Virus record (IMG/VR): IMGVR_UViG_3300038505_000007
Location: 1 to 45,945 of that record
DNA from: a virus
Length of the DNA: 45,945 nt
Reading direction: 5' to 3' (one strand)
Shown: one piece after another, positions 20,141-28,483 of the stretch
Layout: each line of letters begins with the position of its first letter
Position numbering within the stretch: the stretch's first letter is position 1
Position numbers and translations under genes: made by a program
The notes under the pieces: model-generated
The model's database searches: none
Seen by the model: only the letters and a program-made list of their open reading frames with translations
What the model was told of the DNA's origin: nothing

Positions 20141-23107
20141 TTACCTATTACCAAGACCTGCTTTTTGTGTTAATTTGCTGTCTTCTGAGTTTACAAAAAA
20201 TATTTTATCGCTTTTTTTAAATATCTCAGCTACCTGATTTAAAGTAGAAGCTGCTCTGGACATGTCGTTTGCTGCTTGTTTTTGAGCAGCTATAGCTTCT
20301 TTAAAGTCTTTTATAGAATCTCCAAAGCTCTTCATTGACTCTATAGCGCTGCTTGTAAACTCTTTTTCTGCTTTTACTTGGTCAGCTCCTTCTGCTGACT
20401 TCTGCATCTGCACTAGCTTTCCGCTAGCATCAGGGCCCATCTTCTCTGCAGCAGCGCTAGCTGCAGCAGATTTTTGTGCCTCACTTCCAGTCGCTAGAGT
20501 ATCTGTATCTAATACAGCCTTGTCGATTATTTCTTTTGCGTCTAGTTTTTTGTTCTGCTTTCTACCTATTTCTTCTATGTTCTTAAGCCTATTAAATATA
20601 GTCTCAGCTCCGCCTTGTATTCTTAATATACTGCCTAGCTCTGCCAGCTTCGCGGTCACTTCTTTAGGAAGATCCTTGAATGAGTCAAAGCTCATGGCCT
20701 CTTCTGCTACTTTTAGCATATGAGGAGCAAGCACGATACCTTTACCCATCACTGTCTTCTCAAACATTGACTTTCTTAAGGTATCTAAGACGTTTCGTGA
20801 TTTAGATGAGTCAACGATAACACCGTGCTGCTCTAAGAAATACTTGGAAACATCTTCGTTGCTCTTTTGATACAGCCCCTCAAGTGTCTCTTTATCCATA
20901 ATGGATAAAGTAGATATAGATACGTCAGATACGTTTACGCCAATGTTTTTTAAGTTTCTCTGCAGCCTGTCTTGAACTACCATGTTTCCAAAATCAAAGT
21001 CATTGTTCTTTAGTAGTTCGTTGAACGTGACTGCGTCCTCGACTGCGGTCCTGAGCGACTGCTCCTTATTAGGAGTGTCAGCTCTCATTAAAGAAGTTAT
21101 TGAGTCTACAGCTGCAGCAGTAGTATCTATGCCTATTTTTGAGCCAGATGTTAAAGCAGCAAGCCCCGCTGTGTTCTCGATCAACATCGAGATGGCTTTA
21201 GAGTTGTTTAGCCCCTTAGCCATACCAGTCGCTATGATCGTCTCTAGGTTAGACTGCGGGTTGTTAGCCCCAGCGGACGAGAGAATAGCCATTCTCTGCA
21301 TGTTCTCTTCGGCGGTTCCTAGTTTTCTTGCCTCTAGTTTTCTAAGAGAAATTACATCTTTGTCTATATCAAAAGTGGAACCTATGTTCCTTAAGCCCAT
21401 TTCTGTGAGCTTAGCAAAGCGCTCTGGACTTATTCTGTATTCATTTAGCTGAGACAGGAACTCTGGCGTAGATACTCTGTTTATAAAATCGCCTGTCCCA
21501 AACGATGCTCCCATGCCTTGAACAGCGCTGCCCAGCTGTACGTAGTAGTCTCTTAGGACTTGCATCTGCTCAGCAGGAATGTAGTTGGCCTGTCTGTGTA
21601 TGTCTATGTTCTGTTGTCTGGCTTGTAGAGCTATCTGGTTTCTTGTTATGTCTCTAGCAAAATCACCGTAGTTAACGTAAGTGTCTGCCGCGTTCTGCGC
21701 TACGTTTGTCACGCCTAAATCTAACGAGCCGCTTGCTGCAGATTTCACTTTACCAATGAGTCCTGGTCCCATTAACCCGTCAACAGCTTGCGCGCCAGAC
21801 GCTACTGTTCTTGTCGCAGAGACGGCTGTTTTCCCTGCTGCATATATATTGGTCTCTTTAGCAAGCTCTCTCTCGTAGTCGCTTGTAGCGTATTGAGGCA
21901 ATAGCATTTGAGACGCTATGTCTCCTGCAGCTGCTTTTCTATAAGTGTCGTACTGCTGGTTGGCAAAAGAAGCAAAGCCTATAGCGTTTTGAACATAAGC
22001 CATTCTCTGGCTAACTTCTGTTTGAAAATAAGCGTTTAGCCCTATACTTGCTACATTTGCTATTCCGTTCAATGCACCAGCAGCAAGACCTAAAACATTA
22101 AAACCTCTTCCACCGCCAGATGCTGACTGCGCATCTTTTAGAATATCTATGTTTTGAGAAGTCTCTTCTGCGGACTTTTTAAGTCTGTTTAACTCGTCTT
22201 CTGTCTTGTCGGCTGCGTTGGTTAGCTGCTCAAATATCTTAAGCAGTTTTTCAGATTGCTTTACTAACTCTTCTTGTATCTGTGATTCTTTTATTTTTAC
22301 TTCTTCGCCGTCTCTCTTTATGGAGATAGCTCCACCTTTTAGTTGGTCATGTATGCTTTGTTCCTTTACTATCTCCCTAGCGTAGTTTACTGATTTTATC
22401 AATGAGTCAAACCTACTTGAGGGATCTTGGCCCTCTATCTTCTTCATTCTTTTTAGAGCCTCTAGTGCTCCAAGTGTCTCTATCTTGTTTTGACTAGAGG
22501 ATAGCACGACGTCTAGTGCTGCTGATTTTTCTGGGTTCACTTCGCCAGAAGGAGAGAACATGCCTTTTATCTCTTTTTGGGCCTCTCGTTCTAAGACCCT
22601 AATCTGAGACATTATCTGTTCTCTCTGTTTTTCTATCTGTTCATAGGGCATATTCGCCATAGATAATGCCCTATTTTGCACGCTCTCTCTCTGAGAGGCG
22701 TTGTAAGCCTGAGACCTTATGTGTCCTTCATTAAACTCTTTGTATAGTAGGTTGGAGGCCTCTATCTCTGCTCTCTCTACAGAAGCAGACTCTTGGGCTC
22801 TTATTTTTTGTCTAAGCTTTTTGATATTCTCTTGTAGAGCGGTCTTCTGTTGAATATAAAAATCACTCTCAGAGATCTCTTTAAACTGCTCACCTATCGA
22901 TAGTAGCCTGTTTAGTGTTTGTCCTTCTTTTTTGATTCGGTCTTCTAAAACACTCTTTGCTAGAGTGCTTCTTCCTATCTTTGCGCCTATTCTCTCTATA
23001 TCTGTTAAAACACGAGATTGGTCTATGTAGTCTGCAAATAAGTCAAAAGACGACTCATGCGACTTGTTCTGCGTTATGTTTTTGTTGTCTCTGTTTTGAT
23101 CGCTCAT
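20141..23107 (-). CDS. Tape measure protein (988 aa)
   Basis: Long helical/coiled-coil Ala/Gln/Ser-rich protein between the chaperone genes and the hub. Confidence 0.75.
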   Translation of the reverse strand: MSDQNRDNKNITQNKSHESSFDLFADYIDQSRVLTDIERIGAKIGRSTLAKSVLEDRIKKEGQTLNRLLSIGEQFKEISESDFYIQQKTALQENIKKLRQKIRAQESASVERAEIEASNLLYKEFNEGHIRSQAYNASQRESVQNRALSMANMPYEQIEKQREQIMSQIRVLEREAQKEIKGMFSPSGEVNPEKSAALDVVLSSSQNKIETLGALEALKRMKKIEGQDPSSRFDSLIKSVNYAREIVKEQSIHDQLKGGAISIKRDGEEVKIKESQIQEELVKQSEKLLKIFEQLTNAADKTEDELNRLKKSAEETSQNIDILKDAQSASGGGRGFNVLGLAAGALNGIANVASIGLNAYFQTEVSQRMAYVQNAIGFASFANQQYDTYRKAAAGDIASQMLLPQYATSDYERELAKETNIYAAGKTAVSATRTVASGAQAVDGLMGPGLIGKVKSAASGSLDLGVTNVAQNAADTYVNYGDFARDITRNQIALQARQQNIDIHRQANYIPAEQMQVLRDYYVQLGSAVQGMGASFGTGDFINRVSTPEFLSQLNEYRISPERFAKLTEMGLRNIGSTFDIDKDVISLRKLEARKLGTAEENMQRMAILSSAGANNPQSNLETIIATGMAKGLNNSKAISMLIENTAGLAALTSGSKIGIDTTAAAVDSITSLMRADTPNKEQSLRTAVEDAVTFNELLKNNDFDFGNMVVQDRLQRNLKNIGVNVSDVSISTLSIMDKETLEGLYQKSNEDVSKYFLEQHGVIVDSSKSRNVLDTLRKSMFEKTVMGKGIVLAPHMLKVAEEAMSFDSFKDLPKEVTAKLAELGSILRIQGGAETIFNRLKNIEEIGRKQNKKLDAKEIIDKAVLDTDTLATGSEAQKSAAASAAAEKMGPDASGKLVQMQKSAEGADQVKAEKEFTSSAIESMKSFGDSIKDFKEAIAAQKQAANDMSRAASTLNQVAEIFKKSDKIFFVNSEDSKLTQKAGLGNR

Positions 23108-23118
23108 CTTCTTGTCGC

Positions 23119-23709
23119 CTAAAATTCATCGTCTTCGTTGGAAAACTCAAAGTCTTCGCCAAAAGAATCGCCATATAGCTGCTTAGCTGCAGCTAGCTGC
23201 TCCTCCATCCATCTTATATTATCAGGGTTTAGGCGAGGATCTTCAGGAGAAAGTGTGTTTTGTTTGTCTTCTTGCTGGTTGTTTTCTTCTGATTGATCCG
23301 ATGTGCTTTGTTGAGCTTCACGCTCGAGCTCTTTCTTCTCTTCCTGCTCGATCCAGTCAAGGACTTCTTTCTCTTTCTGTTCTTCTTCTTGTTTATCTCT
23401 AGATTCTATGAGCTCTTTTATGGCTTGCTCCCTCTCTATCCTGTCAAAAAACTCATATAGGAGCTCTTCCAGAGAGTACTCTTGGAGTAAAGGATCTTTT
23501 AGTGGTCTATTATAAGTCTTAGACCACCAGCTCATCAAATACAATAATATGGCCTCCTCGTTATCTAATGGAAGCCGAGCGTTTCTTGCAGCAAGAGATC
23601 TAACTAGGTCTACTATAGAGGGTTCTTGTTGTTCTGTGCTTACTCTTTCTTCTCTGTCTCTTGGCTGCTCTTCTGAGGTTGAGCTTTGCTCTTTAGTTCT
23701 TCTTTCCAT
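23119..23709 (-). CDS. Tail assembly chaperone, downstream part (gpT-like) (<=196 aa)
   Basis: WWSKTYNRPLKDPLLQEYSLEELLYEFF motif, acidic tail, immediately upstream of the tape measure; overlaps the preceding gene in the -1 frame. Confidence 0.6.
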   Translation of the reverse strand: MERRTKEQSSTSEEQPRDREERVSTEQQEPSIVDLVRSLAARNARLPLDNEEAILLYLMSWWSKTYNRPLKDPLLQEYSLEELLYEFFDRIEREQAIKELIESRDKQEEEQKEKEVLDWIEQEEKKELEREAQQSTSDQSEENNQQEDKQNTLSPEDPRLNPDNIRWMEEQLAAAKQLYGDSFGEDFEFSNEDDEF

Positions 23710-24023
23710 TCTTGCTCAGCTTTTTGAATGCTCTTAAAAAGTTCCACAAGAACACCCTCTTCTTCTAAGAGGGAGCCGCCTTGACTCTCTTTCCACCAAT
23801 CAGGACCGTCAATGATTTTTGTTCTTAGTTCGGCTAAGATGAGTGAGTAGCCAACGAGATCGTCAGTAGGATTCTGTAGGTTTCCTAGGAGTCTGTTTTT
23901 TTCTAAGGCTAGCGCGTGTCTCTGACCAATGTTTAGGTTAGCAAGGACGGTAAAAGTGCCCTCATATTGCCTAAGATCTCCATTATAATTAAAATAAAAA
24001 GTCCTTACTTTACTAGGAAGCAT
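23640..24023 (-). CDS. Tail assembly chaperone (gpG-like), 127 aa; probable start 24023
   Basis: AAAGGAG SD before ATG 24023 (MLPSKVRTF...); IIDGPDWW motif; sits between tube genes and tape measure. Confidence 0.65.
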   Translation of the reverse strand: MLPSKVRTFYFNYNGDLRQYEGTFTVLANLNIGQRHALALEKNRLLGNLQNPTDDLVGYSLILAELRTKIIDGPDWWKESQGGSLLEEEGVLVELFKSIQKAEQEWKEELKSKAQPQKSSQETEKKE

Positions 24024-24077
24024 CTCTACTCCTTTCCCTGACAATAGAGATTATACATAAAATTAATGAAATTATTT

Positions 24078-24713
24078 TTACTTTTTAAAAGTTTTTGCTT
24101 TATTTATTGCGCGTGCGGCTGTATCTGCTATGTCTGCAAGACTAAGACCCTTTTTAGGCTCCTGAGGTTTATTGCCTAATCCACTTAGTTTAGACTCATC
24201 TAGTGCCGGCATTCTCTCGTCTCTGTAACCTATAGCCTTCCATGTTAGCTCAACAGAAGCAAGAGAGTCTACTCTTATATCTTCTGCTCTACTAGTTATT
24301 ACGGCCTTATTTGTATAAAATATCAGCTGATCCGTAGCAGAGTCTCTTACTTCTATTGTTATATACTTGTGAAATAAAAAGTTTAACACGTCTGGCTGCC
24401 ATAGCTCTGCTCCAGGACTTCTTCCTGGTATGTGCAGCATAGATATATTGCCATCTACGTGTATCCTTTGTGGTACCAACTCTACTGGCAGATAATCGTC
24501 TACTGTAAATATAGGGTAGTTCTCAGTAGTTATCCTCCAGGATATACCGAAAGCAAAACCAACTATCTTATGATTGATCTTCAGTATGGTTCTAGCTCCA
24601 GACATGAACTTCGCGTTCTGTCTTGTAGAAAATATGCCTGGCGCTTGAGAGCCAATCATGTCTGATATTCTGTTAGATAAGTTTGGCCTGTTGTTGAATC
24701 CGCCTATTGACAT
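24078..24713 (-). CDS. Tail tube-like protein, paralogue 3 (211 aa)
   Basis: FMSGARTILKINHKIVGFAFGISW aligns by eye with FITGANAKIKVGGKTFAYASDVSY of the 26570-27133 protein. Confidence 0.65.
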   Translation of the reverse strand: MSIGGFNNRPNLSNRISDMIGSQAPGIFSTRQNAKFMSGARTILKINHKIVGFAFGISWRITTENYPIFTVDDYLPVELVPQRIHVDGNISMLHIPGRSPGAELWQPDVLNFLFHKYITIEVRDSATDQLIFYTNKAVITSRAEDIRVDSLASVELTWKAIGYRDERMPALDESKLSGLGNKPQEPKKGLSLADIADTAARAINKAKTFKK

Positions 24714-24720
24714 AAATCAC

Positions 24721-25431
24721 CTAAAAATGCTGTCCTTTTCCGCTAAAATCCGCTACAAAGCTGTCTTCGTCTAAGTATAAAGCTACGAAGCTAAATCTTT
24801 GGGTCGCTATGCCTCTCTTCGTGATCTGGAAGTCTGACTGAGTTATCCTGCAGTTTCTTATGTTCGCTACGCCTATGTACTGCGTATTTGTTGTCTTAAA
24901 TCCTTTAAATCCAAACTTATCGCCAGACAATATATTTCCTATATTATTAAGAGCGTTGTTTGCTATGTCTAGTACGCCTTGTTCGCTGCTAGGGCTTGAC
25001 AGGACTTTTTGATAAACCTGTATATCAAAAGTAGTGCCCTCTGCGAACCTGCTAGGATCAAGAGCCTCATTGGGTCTTCCGTCATTTCCTAGCCCCAGTT
25101 GTCCAATAATACCGTTAAATAAGCCGTTACCCCAAACCGATCCCCAGTTTCCGACACCATTTCCTGCGTCGTTCGTGGCTAGACCATTAGGCTGTGTACC
25201 TTTTCCAGTAGCCTTCTGTACGTCTTTTACGTATCTCACTATAGTGAAACTTCCAGTCACGCTGTAGCCTAGTGGCTCTACGGACGTACCCTCATACATG
25301 CCTAGTATTTTAGGAGTCTGAGTTATGATTTGGACGCTGTAAGATAGGTCTGTGCAGAAAGCGAGGGTCTTGCCGTTTACTACGATCTTCGCGTTCGCGC
25401 CTGTGAGGAAGTGCGGTCTTATACCTGCCAT
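24721..25431 (-). CDS. Tail tube-like protein, paralogue 2 (236 aa)
   Basis: FLTGANAKIVVNGKTLAFCTDLSY...IRNCRIT...KRGI...FSFVAL..DEDSF is clearly similar to the 26570-27133 protein. Confidence 0.75.
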   Translation of the reverse strand: MAGIRPHFLTGANAKIVVNGKTLAFCTDLSYSVQIITQTPKILGMYEGTSVEPLGYSVTGSFTIVRYVKDVQKATGKGTQPNGLATNDAGNGVGNWGSVWGNGLFNGIIGQLGLGNDGRPNEALDPSRFAEGTTFDIQVYQKVLSSPSSEQGVLDIANNALNNIGNILSGDKFGFKGFKTTNTQYIGVANIRNCRITQSDFQITKRGIATQRFSFVALYLDEDSFVADFSGKGQHF

Positions 25432-25496
25432 CTATTTACCTCTAGCTTGATTTAATATTGTATCACGCTTTTAACGACTTTTCGTATAACATATAT

Positions 25497-26597
25497 ATGC
25501 TCCACAAAGACGACTTTATCATAATAGAAGATAAAAAAGGAACAAAAATCAAGAAATATTACGCCACATGTGATTCCTGTGGAGCATCAAGAGGCTACCT
25601 ATCTAAACAAAATGCCCAAAAACCGCTGTGCATTAAGTGCTCTAGAGTGTTTACTGAAGAGTCTAGAAAGAAGATGTCCGAGGCCAAGAAAGGAAAGGCC
25701 CCCTGGAACAAGGGAAAGAGAGAGACAAGAGAAGAGGTATTAAATAAGCTCTCTTCTGCAAAGAGAGGCAAAGCTCCGCACAACAAAGGAAAAAACCTGA
25801 GCATGGATCAGCGGATAAAGATAAGCTGCTCTCTTAGGGGGCTTGACATAGAGGAGTTCGACGACATACAGACTCCTGCTAGTAAGCTAGAAAGAAACAA
25901 GTTCGCGGACATGGGGCTGCACATAAAGGCTTTTGAGGCTAGCGGGTATAAGTGTGACTGCTGTGGAGTAGGAGGTGTCGAGCTTAACGCTCATCACTTG
26001 TATTCTTGGAAGTTCTTTCCAGAAAGAAGATTTGATGTGTCAAATCTTGTGGCCCTTTGCTCTTTCTGTCATCAAGAGTTCCACAAGATATACGGCAACG
26101 GGCGCTCCGAGCCTAACACTGAGGAGCAGTATGTTAGTTTTAAGAACGAGGTGAGGCTTAACTTATCTAAGGTAAAAGACAAGAGGGATCTTATAGTTAT
26201 AGCTGGGGTGTCTGGCTCTGGTAAGACTTGGGTGGCTAATAACTTACCAGAAAGTAGATTTTTTTATATACCCTACGACAGCACAGATAAACAGCTTGTC
26301 AGGAGTATGGCTTTTAACGCGCCTTATGATAAGGTTCCAGTGTACGATCCCACTGTGCATGTGTCTACTTTTATGAAGAGAAACTCAGATATATTCAACA
26401 TCCTCCTTGTGGTCATCCAAGAAGAGGAGAGCGTTATAGCCTCAAGGCTGGCCTCAAGAGGAGGAGAGATGACTGGCAATGTTTTGAGGCGAATGAAAAG
26501 AATAAGACGACTTGCAGAGCAAGCCGTCTTTTCTGGTACTTCAAATGAAGTTCTTGATTTTTTGTTAAATTACGATAAATCTGTGTCGCCAGAGTAG
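25497..26597 (+). CDS. NUMOD3-HNH endonuclease fused to a C-terminal P-loop NTPase/kinase-like domain (probable start ATG 25497)
   Basis: CDSC..CIKC zinc ribbon; 2-3 NUMOD3-like repeats (EESRKKMSEAKKGKAPWNKGK); HNH core CDCCG..LNAHH..NLVALCSFCHQEFH; Walker A GVSGSGKT. Confidence 0.85.
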   Translation: MLHKDDFIIIEDKKGTKIKKYYATCDSCGASRGYLSKQNAQKPLCIKCSRVFTEESRKKMSEAKKGKAPWNKGKRETREEVLNKLSSAKRGKAPHNKGKNLSMDQRIKISCSLRGLDIEEFDDIQTPASKLERNKFADMGLHIKAFEASGYKCDCCGVGGVELNAHHLYSWKFFPERRFDVSNLVALCSFCHQEFHKIYGNGRSEPNTEEQYVSFKNEVRLNLSKVKDKRDLIVIAGVSGSGKTWVANNLPESRFFYIPYDSTDKQLVRSMAFNAPYDKVPVYDPTVHVSTFMKRNSDIFNILLVVIQEEESVIASRLASRGGEMTGNVLRRMKRIRRLAEQAVFSGTSNEVLDFLLNYDKSVSPE

Positions 26598-27133
26598 CTA
26601 GAGTCAAAGGACTCATCGTCAGCTAAGATGCCGACGAAAGACAATCTATCCACTAAGATACCTCTCTTGTTGAGACCAGAAGACTTTCTAGTGAATCGGC
26701 AGTCTTTGATAGTGATAAACGCTACAGAGTCAACTGTTGCAGCTGTTCCACCACCAGCTGTAGCTGCGTTTTGTTCTTTTTGATATACAGCTAAGTCCCA
26801 GGTCTGAGACATGAGAAGGTTCCCAGGGTTGATCTCGTCTGCCCCGTTTCCTCCAGTAGTGTAGTCTACTTTTCCTAGACCGTTTCCGCCTGTGTTAGTG
26901 CCAGGCATGTTGTTGGTTTTAGCGATCCCAGTATATCTAACAACAGATAGCTCTCCTGCTACTGTGTAGTTTACCGGCTCATGGGTAACTGCTTCATATC
27001 GTCCCATTGTCTCAACGGGAATCACGTCTACTACGACTTGATATGAAACGTCAGAGGCGTAGGCGAAAGTTTTTCCTCCTACTTTGATCTTCGCGTTCGC
27101 ACCTGTGATGAACGAGGGCTTTTTTGATGCCAT
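26570..27133 (-). CDS. Tail tube protein (probable major tube, 187 aa; start 27133)
   Basis: AAAGGAG SD before MASKKPSFITGANAK; first tube-like gene after the sheath; VETMGRYEAVTHEPVNY motif. Confidence 0.75.
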   Translation of the reverse strand: MASKKPSFITGANAKIKVGGKTFAYASDVSYQVVVDVIPVETMGRYEAVTHEPVNYTVAGELSVVRYTGIAKTNNMPGTNTGGNGLGKVDYTTGGNGADEINPGNLLMSQTWDLAVYQKEQNAATAGGGTAATVDSVAFITIKDCRFTRKSSGLNKRGILVDRLSFVGILADDESFDSSYSGDTDLS

Positions 27134-27183
27134 ATATTCTCCTTTTTTGGTCTTGCGGTTGACCAATACCTATCATTTTTTTA

Positions 27184-27240
27184 AGTCAATTGATTTTGAC
27201 TCATAAATAGTATACCACACAATCGGTTAAATAATCACAA
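27184..27240 (-). promoter_or_regulatory. Putative promoter for the tube gene with an adjacent inverted repeat
   Basis: Minus-strand TGGTATACT (extended -10, hexamer 27214-27209). AGTCAA-N6-TTGACT inverted repeat at 27184-27201. Confidence 0.4.
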
Positions 27241-27272
27241 AACATATAGCTGCTTAAAACTATCACGATGTT

Positions 27273-27850
27273 TTATTTAATACCTAGCTTCTTAAAATTT
27301 GATAACAGAGTCTTGCCTGCATATATCTTGTGAGATTTTATATCGTGAGGCTCTACTATTACCTCTTCTTCTTGATGCTTGTCGTGATCGGGATCTAATA
27401 TGCTCGGTATATAAGAGTGAATATGGTCTTCAGATATCCATGCCTCCATGACTTGATGAGGTACGAACCCTTTTAGTTCTTCTTCATCGACTACGTCTTT
27501 GGGAGGCGTCTGATTAAGATGTGCCCAGTAGTGAGCAAAGTGTGGATTAAGGGGTCATGAAGTCCTGTTCTTGCTGTGAAAGTCGCTCTTGTGGCCGTTT
27601 TCAGGTACAGCTCTAAACATCAGGTACTCTTTTTTTTTTCAGTATTAGGATTAATACGATGTTTTAGAGCGTTGCTTTGTATATCTGCTAGCATCTTTTT
27701 TCTAAGCTTTCCAGGTGCTCTTGGTAGTTTATTGATATGATCTCTAAGGCCAGAATCTGACCACTTTATAGCAGTCTTTTTGTCTTGTGGCTTCCAGTTC
27801 TTCTCTAGAGTCCACTGACCATTAGGTGCTATCTTGATCACGTAGTCCAT
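27273..27850 (-). pseudogene. Interrupted ADP-ribosyltransferase-like gene (~190 aa): frameshift in A10 run plus in-frame TGA
   Basis: The 76-aa ORF continues in the -1 frame after A10 (27639-27630) as EYLMFRAV...RTS*PLNPHFAHYWA...VMEAWISEDHIHSY...HQEEEVIVEP...LGIK* (TAA 27275-27273). The internal TGA is at 27557-27555. Confidence 0.6.
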
Positions 27851-27867
27851 TTTTACATAGACATGTA

Positions 27868-28431
27868 TTATTTTTTCTTTGACCCTAGAACGTTTAATCC
27901 CTGATGAGACAGGATATGGTTACTCATCATTGAGGCTAAATCTTTAACGTTCTTAGTGCTATCTATAGCGCCTTTGATCTTTTTCTTAGTCTCGTCTTTA
28001 GCGCTAGATGAGTCTACGATACTGTGCGCTCTCTTTTTTGCTTCAGCGTGATCTTTTAAACCAGCTATCTCGTTGACATGAGACATGTCGAAGACAGACT
28101 TATGACCTGTTTTAGTCCAGTCGCGGTTTATTTGTGGGTCTTTTGCTTTTTCTAGTTTCCATTGACCGTTTGACTCAAACTTAATGACTTCTTTTGAGTC
28201 TTGTTCTTCTTTTTCGCTATCTTTTTCTTCTTCGCAAGACTCTTCTTTAACCATTCTCATGGCTTCTTTTTGAGACATTTTCTTAGGATGTTCTGATGGT
28301 TCAAAAGAAGATTTAGGTTTTGGTCCAGGAGGTAGTTTCTTGACTTCTTTTGTATCTTCTGTCTTCAATGACTTACTGAGCTCTTCTATTTTATTCTTTA
28401 GCTCTTCTAGCTTCTTGCTGATATCGCTCAT
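27868..28431 (-). CDS. Lys/Glu-rich hypothetical protein, possible internal virion protein (187 aa)
   Basis: AGGAG SD; highly charged; contains VIKFESNGQWKLEKA, shared with the next gene. Confidence 0.7.
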   Translation of the reverse strand: MSDISKKLEELKNKIEELSKSLKTEDTKEVKKLPPGPKPKSSFEPSEHPKKMSQKEAMRMVKEESCEEEKDSEKEEQDSKEVIKFESNGQWKLEKAKDPQINRDWTKTGHKSVFDMSHVNEIAGLKDHAEAKKRAHSIVDSSSAKDETKKKIKGAIDSTKNVKDLASMMSNHILSHQGLNVLGSKKK

Positions 28432-28447
28432 AACCGTCTCCTGTGTA

Positions 28448-28476
28448 TATAAAAGGCCGGAATTACCGGCCTTATA
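28448..28476 (-). terminator. Intrinsic terminator after the sheath gene
   Basis: Minus strand AAGGCCGG-TAATT-CCGGCCTT followed by TTATAT. Confidence 0.7.
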
Positions 28477-28483
28477 TTAAGTA

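Noticed and set aside
25432-26600. Group I intron or intein housing the HNH gene
   Set aside because: Both flanking tube genes are complete with their own start and stop, and there is no room for intron core sequence; the HNH gene is free-standing.
27555-27557. Genome-wide TGA recoding (genetic code 4/25)
   Set aside because: TGA cleanly terminates several genes (36367, 36631, 38204, 39592, 40008, 42165, 43327) and long genes are open under code 11.
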